DNA of 18,652 nucleotides from Deltaproteobacteria bacterium (GTDB lineage Bacteria > Myxococcota_A > UBA9160 > SMWR01): assembly GCA_032128375.1 (NCBI GenBank), contig JAQBGU010000015.1, positions 1 to 18,652 of the forward strand. Direction: 5' to 3'. The position numbers were made by a program, and so were the translations under genes. Positions 16,340 through 18,652 of this stretch are shown here, one piece after another. Below the pieces are notes generated by a model. That model made no database searches. It saw only the letters and a list, made by a program, of their open reading frames with translations, and had not been told where the DNA came from. Numbering within the stretch: the first letter of the stretch is position 1; the number at the start of each line of letters is the position of its first letter.

Positions 16340-18073
16340 ATGCGACGCTGGCTTCTGCTCGCCGTTGGGGTCGTGTGTTCGATTTTTGTTGGGTGTGGCG
16401 AGCGTGAGGCTCAGCCTCCCCGCCTACCGAACATCGTGATCTATCTCGTCGACGCGCTTCGCGCGGATCATCTCAGCGTTTACGGATACCCCAAGGAAAC
16501 CTCGCCGCGGCTGGCCGAATTCGCTGCCGACGCCATCGTATACGATCGAGCGTTCTCGACGTCCAGCTGGACGCGGCCGGCCGTCGCGTCACTACTGACC
16601 GGGCTGCGTCCGAATCGACACGGAGCCGTCAAGCGCAACCGTGGTATCGATGGGCGAGCGACGTTGATCGGTGAGCGATTGGAAGCTGCCGGGTACCACG
16701 CGGCTGCATTCTCCACCAATCCAAACGTTCATCCGGCCTGGGGCTTCGGACGAGGGTTCGCGAAATTCGTAGACGTCAAGCCGGCCGACCGGTCGGTTCG
16801 GGCCGACGAGGTTAACGAGGTCGTCTTCGCGCATCTCGATGAGCGTCTCGAAACAGATCCGGGCGAGCCGTTTTTCTTTTACATCCACACGCGCGATCCA
16901 CATGCCCCGTATGCGCCGCCCGCTGCCTATGCAGAGAAGTGGCAGCCCGAGGGGGAGTCGAAAATTCAAAAGATCGCAGCGGCTTACGACGGTGAAATCG
17001 CGTTCAACGATCATCATTTTGGGCAGTTGATCGATCGGCTCGAGCAGCAGGGTTTGTACCGTGATTCGCTGATCATATTCACATCGGATCACGGCGAAGA
17101 GCTGCGTGATCACGGAGCCGTCGGCCACGCACGAACGTTATTCGACGAGGTCGTGCGCGTTCCCCTACTCATCAAACTGCCCGTTTCGGAGGCCGGTGGA
17201 ACCCGAAGCGAGAACGTGGTCTCGTTGTTGGACATCGTCCCGACCATTCTCGACTTGATCGGCATGTCTGGCGACGAGGGCGTCGAAGGCGTGAGCTTGC
17301 TCGATCGTGCAGCTTCGGGTTCGGACCGACCTGTATTCATGACGTTGGACCTCACGGGTTACGGAGTGCGAAATACGGCAGACGCGGTGTTGTTCGGAGA
17401 TCGCAAGCTCATCGAGCGGAGCAATCCACAGCAGCAAGTTTTATTGTTCGACCTCGGCGCAGATCCTCGTGAGCGGAGCGACTTGTTGGTGCGCAATCCG
17501 AATGCAGCCGACGACCTGTTGCAATTGCTCGACCGATACCGGGAACCTGCAGGTACTGGAATGCGGTTGTGGTTGGTGGGAGCGGCCGGTGCGAACGAGA
17601 CATCGTGTGTCGGCGTTCTGCGGACGACGGGTCGGTTCGTCGACGCGGAGGGTTTCGAGTTCGAACTAGAAGATCAACTCTCGGTCCAAGCCGACGGTCG
17701 AGCGCTTCGATTTGCGACGGTGCTCGAAGGTACTCAAGGACGACGCTGGAGGGCGGCCGATCGCGACGAGATCGGGTTTGCTATCGACCCACCCGATGCC
17801 GAACTCGTCGTCGAGTCGCTAACGTTTTCTAAATCTTCGGGCCAATTTTTCGCAGGCCAAAAACGGCGGATCGTTTCGGAGTTTCCCGCGGTGTTCGCCG
17901 TCGACTCGGAAGCCATGAAGGTGGATAACATCGCGCAGATGATCGAGGAGCCGGAACGGGACACGGCGAAGATCAACGTCTATCTTGGGAATCTGTCCCA
18001 TGTAGAGCCTGGGCAGGTCCGAATCGACGCGGAGATGGAGGCACGTCTCGAAGCACTTGGGTACGCGAAATAG
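16340..18073 (+). CDS. Sulfatase-like alkaline phosphatase superfamily lipoprotein (577 aa)
   Basis: Lipoprotein signal MRRWLLLAVGVVCSIFVG|C. Motifs PNIVIYLVDALRADH, SSWTRPAVASLLTG, HTRDPHAPY, YDGEIAFND, IIFTSDHGEE, VRVPLLIKLP and LLDIVPTILDL. C-terminal LEALGY. Confidence 0.9.
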   Translation: MRRWLLLAVGVVCSIFVGCGEREAQPPRLPNIVIYLVDALRADHLSVYGYPKETSPRLAEFAADAIVYDRAFSTSSWTRPAVASLLTGLRPNRHGAVKRNRGIDGRATLIGERLEAAGYHAAAFSTNPNVHPAWGFGRGFAKFVDVKPADRSVRADEVNEVVFAHLDERLETDPGEPFFFYIHTRDPHAPYAPPAAYAEKWQPEGESKIQKIAAAYDGEIAFNDHHFGQLIDRLEQQGLYRDSLIIFTSDHGEELRDHGAVGHARTLFDEVVRVPLLIKLPVSEAGGTRSENVVSLLDIVPTILDLIGMSGDEGVEGVSLLDRAASGSDRPVFMTLDLTGYGVRNTADAVLFGDRKLIERSNPQQQVLLFDLGADPRERSDLLVRNPNAADDLLQLLDRYREPAGTGMRLWLVGAAGANETSCVGVLRTTGRFVDAEGFEFELEDQLSVQADGRALRFATVLEGTQGRRWRAADRDEIGFAIDPPDAELVVESLTFSKSSGQFFAGQKRRIVSEFPAVFAVDSEAMKVDNIAQMIEEPERDTAKINVYLGNLSHVEPGQVRIDAEMEARLEALGYAK

Positions 18074-18146
18074 GCGAACGCCACGCGAGTCGCGTCGCCC
18101 CTCGGTGTTTCGGAAAGGACTCCGAGATACGACGATCGTGCTCAGG

Positions 18147-18439
18147 TCAGGAAAGCCCTTTCCCAAGTGGTGATCGAAAGAGGATACGGATCAACCTCTG
18201 CATCCCCGCATCCTTCTTGATCATGTCGTTGATGCAGACACTACCGGCTACCAATCGTTTGGCGATCGATACGCCCTTGCATTTGTCTTGAGCCCAGGGG
18301 TTCGCAGCGACACCGTACGAGGTCTGGTTCGCCAGCGATACGGCTTCGTCGATCTCTCTCACGCGCATGATCGGCAAGACCGGGCCGAACGTCTCGTCTC
18401 GCATGACGAGCATGCGTGGGCGACTCCGGTCAGAGGATA
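18147..18439 (-). pseudogene. Aldehyde dehydrogenase C-terminal remnant
   Basis: MLVMRDETFGPVLPIM, EAVSLANQTSYG and AGSVCINDM are present, but the PFGG.K.SG.GR segment is deleted. An upstream out-of-frame YPLTGVAH remains. No N-terminal domain is recognisable before the window end. Confidence 0.85.
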
Positions 18440-18652
18440 GATACTCCGTTACCTGTCAAGCCTTCACGGCGAAGATCTTCTCACCGTCGAAGTCCTGATC
18501 GTGTCGGAGACCCCAAATACATCGATCGTCGTCGTGATGGTCGAGCAGCGCGAACACACGGCAGGGTCCGCTGCGTTGGAGATCGTGACCGATGGCTCCT
18601 GGGAGAGCCTCGGGACCGTGCGGGGGTGCAGCGAGGGGGCGAACACGACCAT

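Noticed and set aside
18464..18652. 62-aa ORF at the window end
   Set aside because: No recognisable family in any frame I could read, and the region is cut by the window edge.

Overview
GC-rich bacterial chromosomal window. PEP-CTERM, TIGR04073 and LxxLGY-tailed sulfatase-like genes suggest a Gram-negative Myxococcota/deltaproteobacterium-like host (inference). Left to right: a doubly frameshifted TetR regulator; an overlapping minus-strand pair of a Cys-rich deaminase-like protein and an RluA pseudouridine synthase, which together look like a split, compact version of the tRNA C-to-pseudouridine editor TrcP; a frameshifted nitronate monooxygenase-family gene; a TauE/SafE transporter; a ~1020-aa secreted beta-propeller/di-heme cytochrome c/TSP3/PEP-CTERM protein next to an exosortase-associated TIGR04073 gene; a perfect CRP/FNR-type box; a motif-permuted DHH-like domain fused to a degenerate CPBP membrane domain; a 9-bp tandem repeat; a CAP lipoprotein; two GT-C glycosyltransferases; decayed remnants of a tyrosine recombinase and DNA polymerase II; a Thr-nucleophile sulfatase-like lipoprotein; and an aldehyde dehydrogenase remnant. 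Five genes are broken while the long cell-envelope genes are intact. All family calls come from motif recognition by eye, with no database searches.
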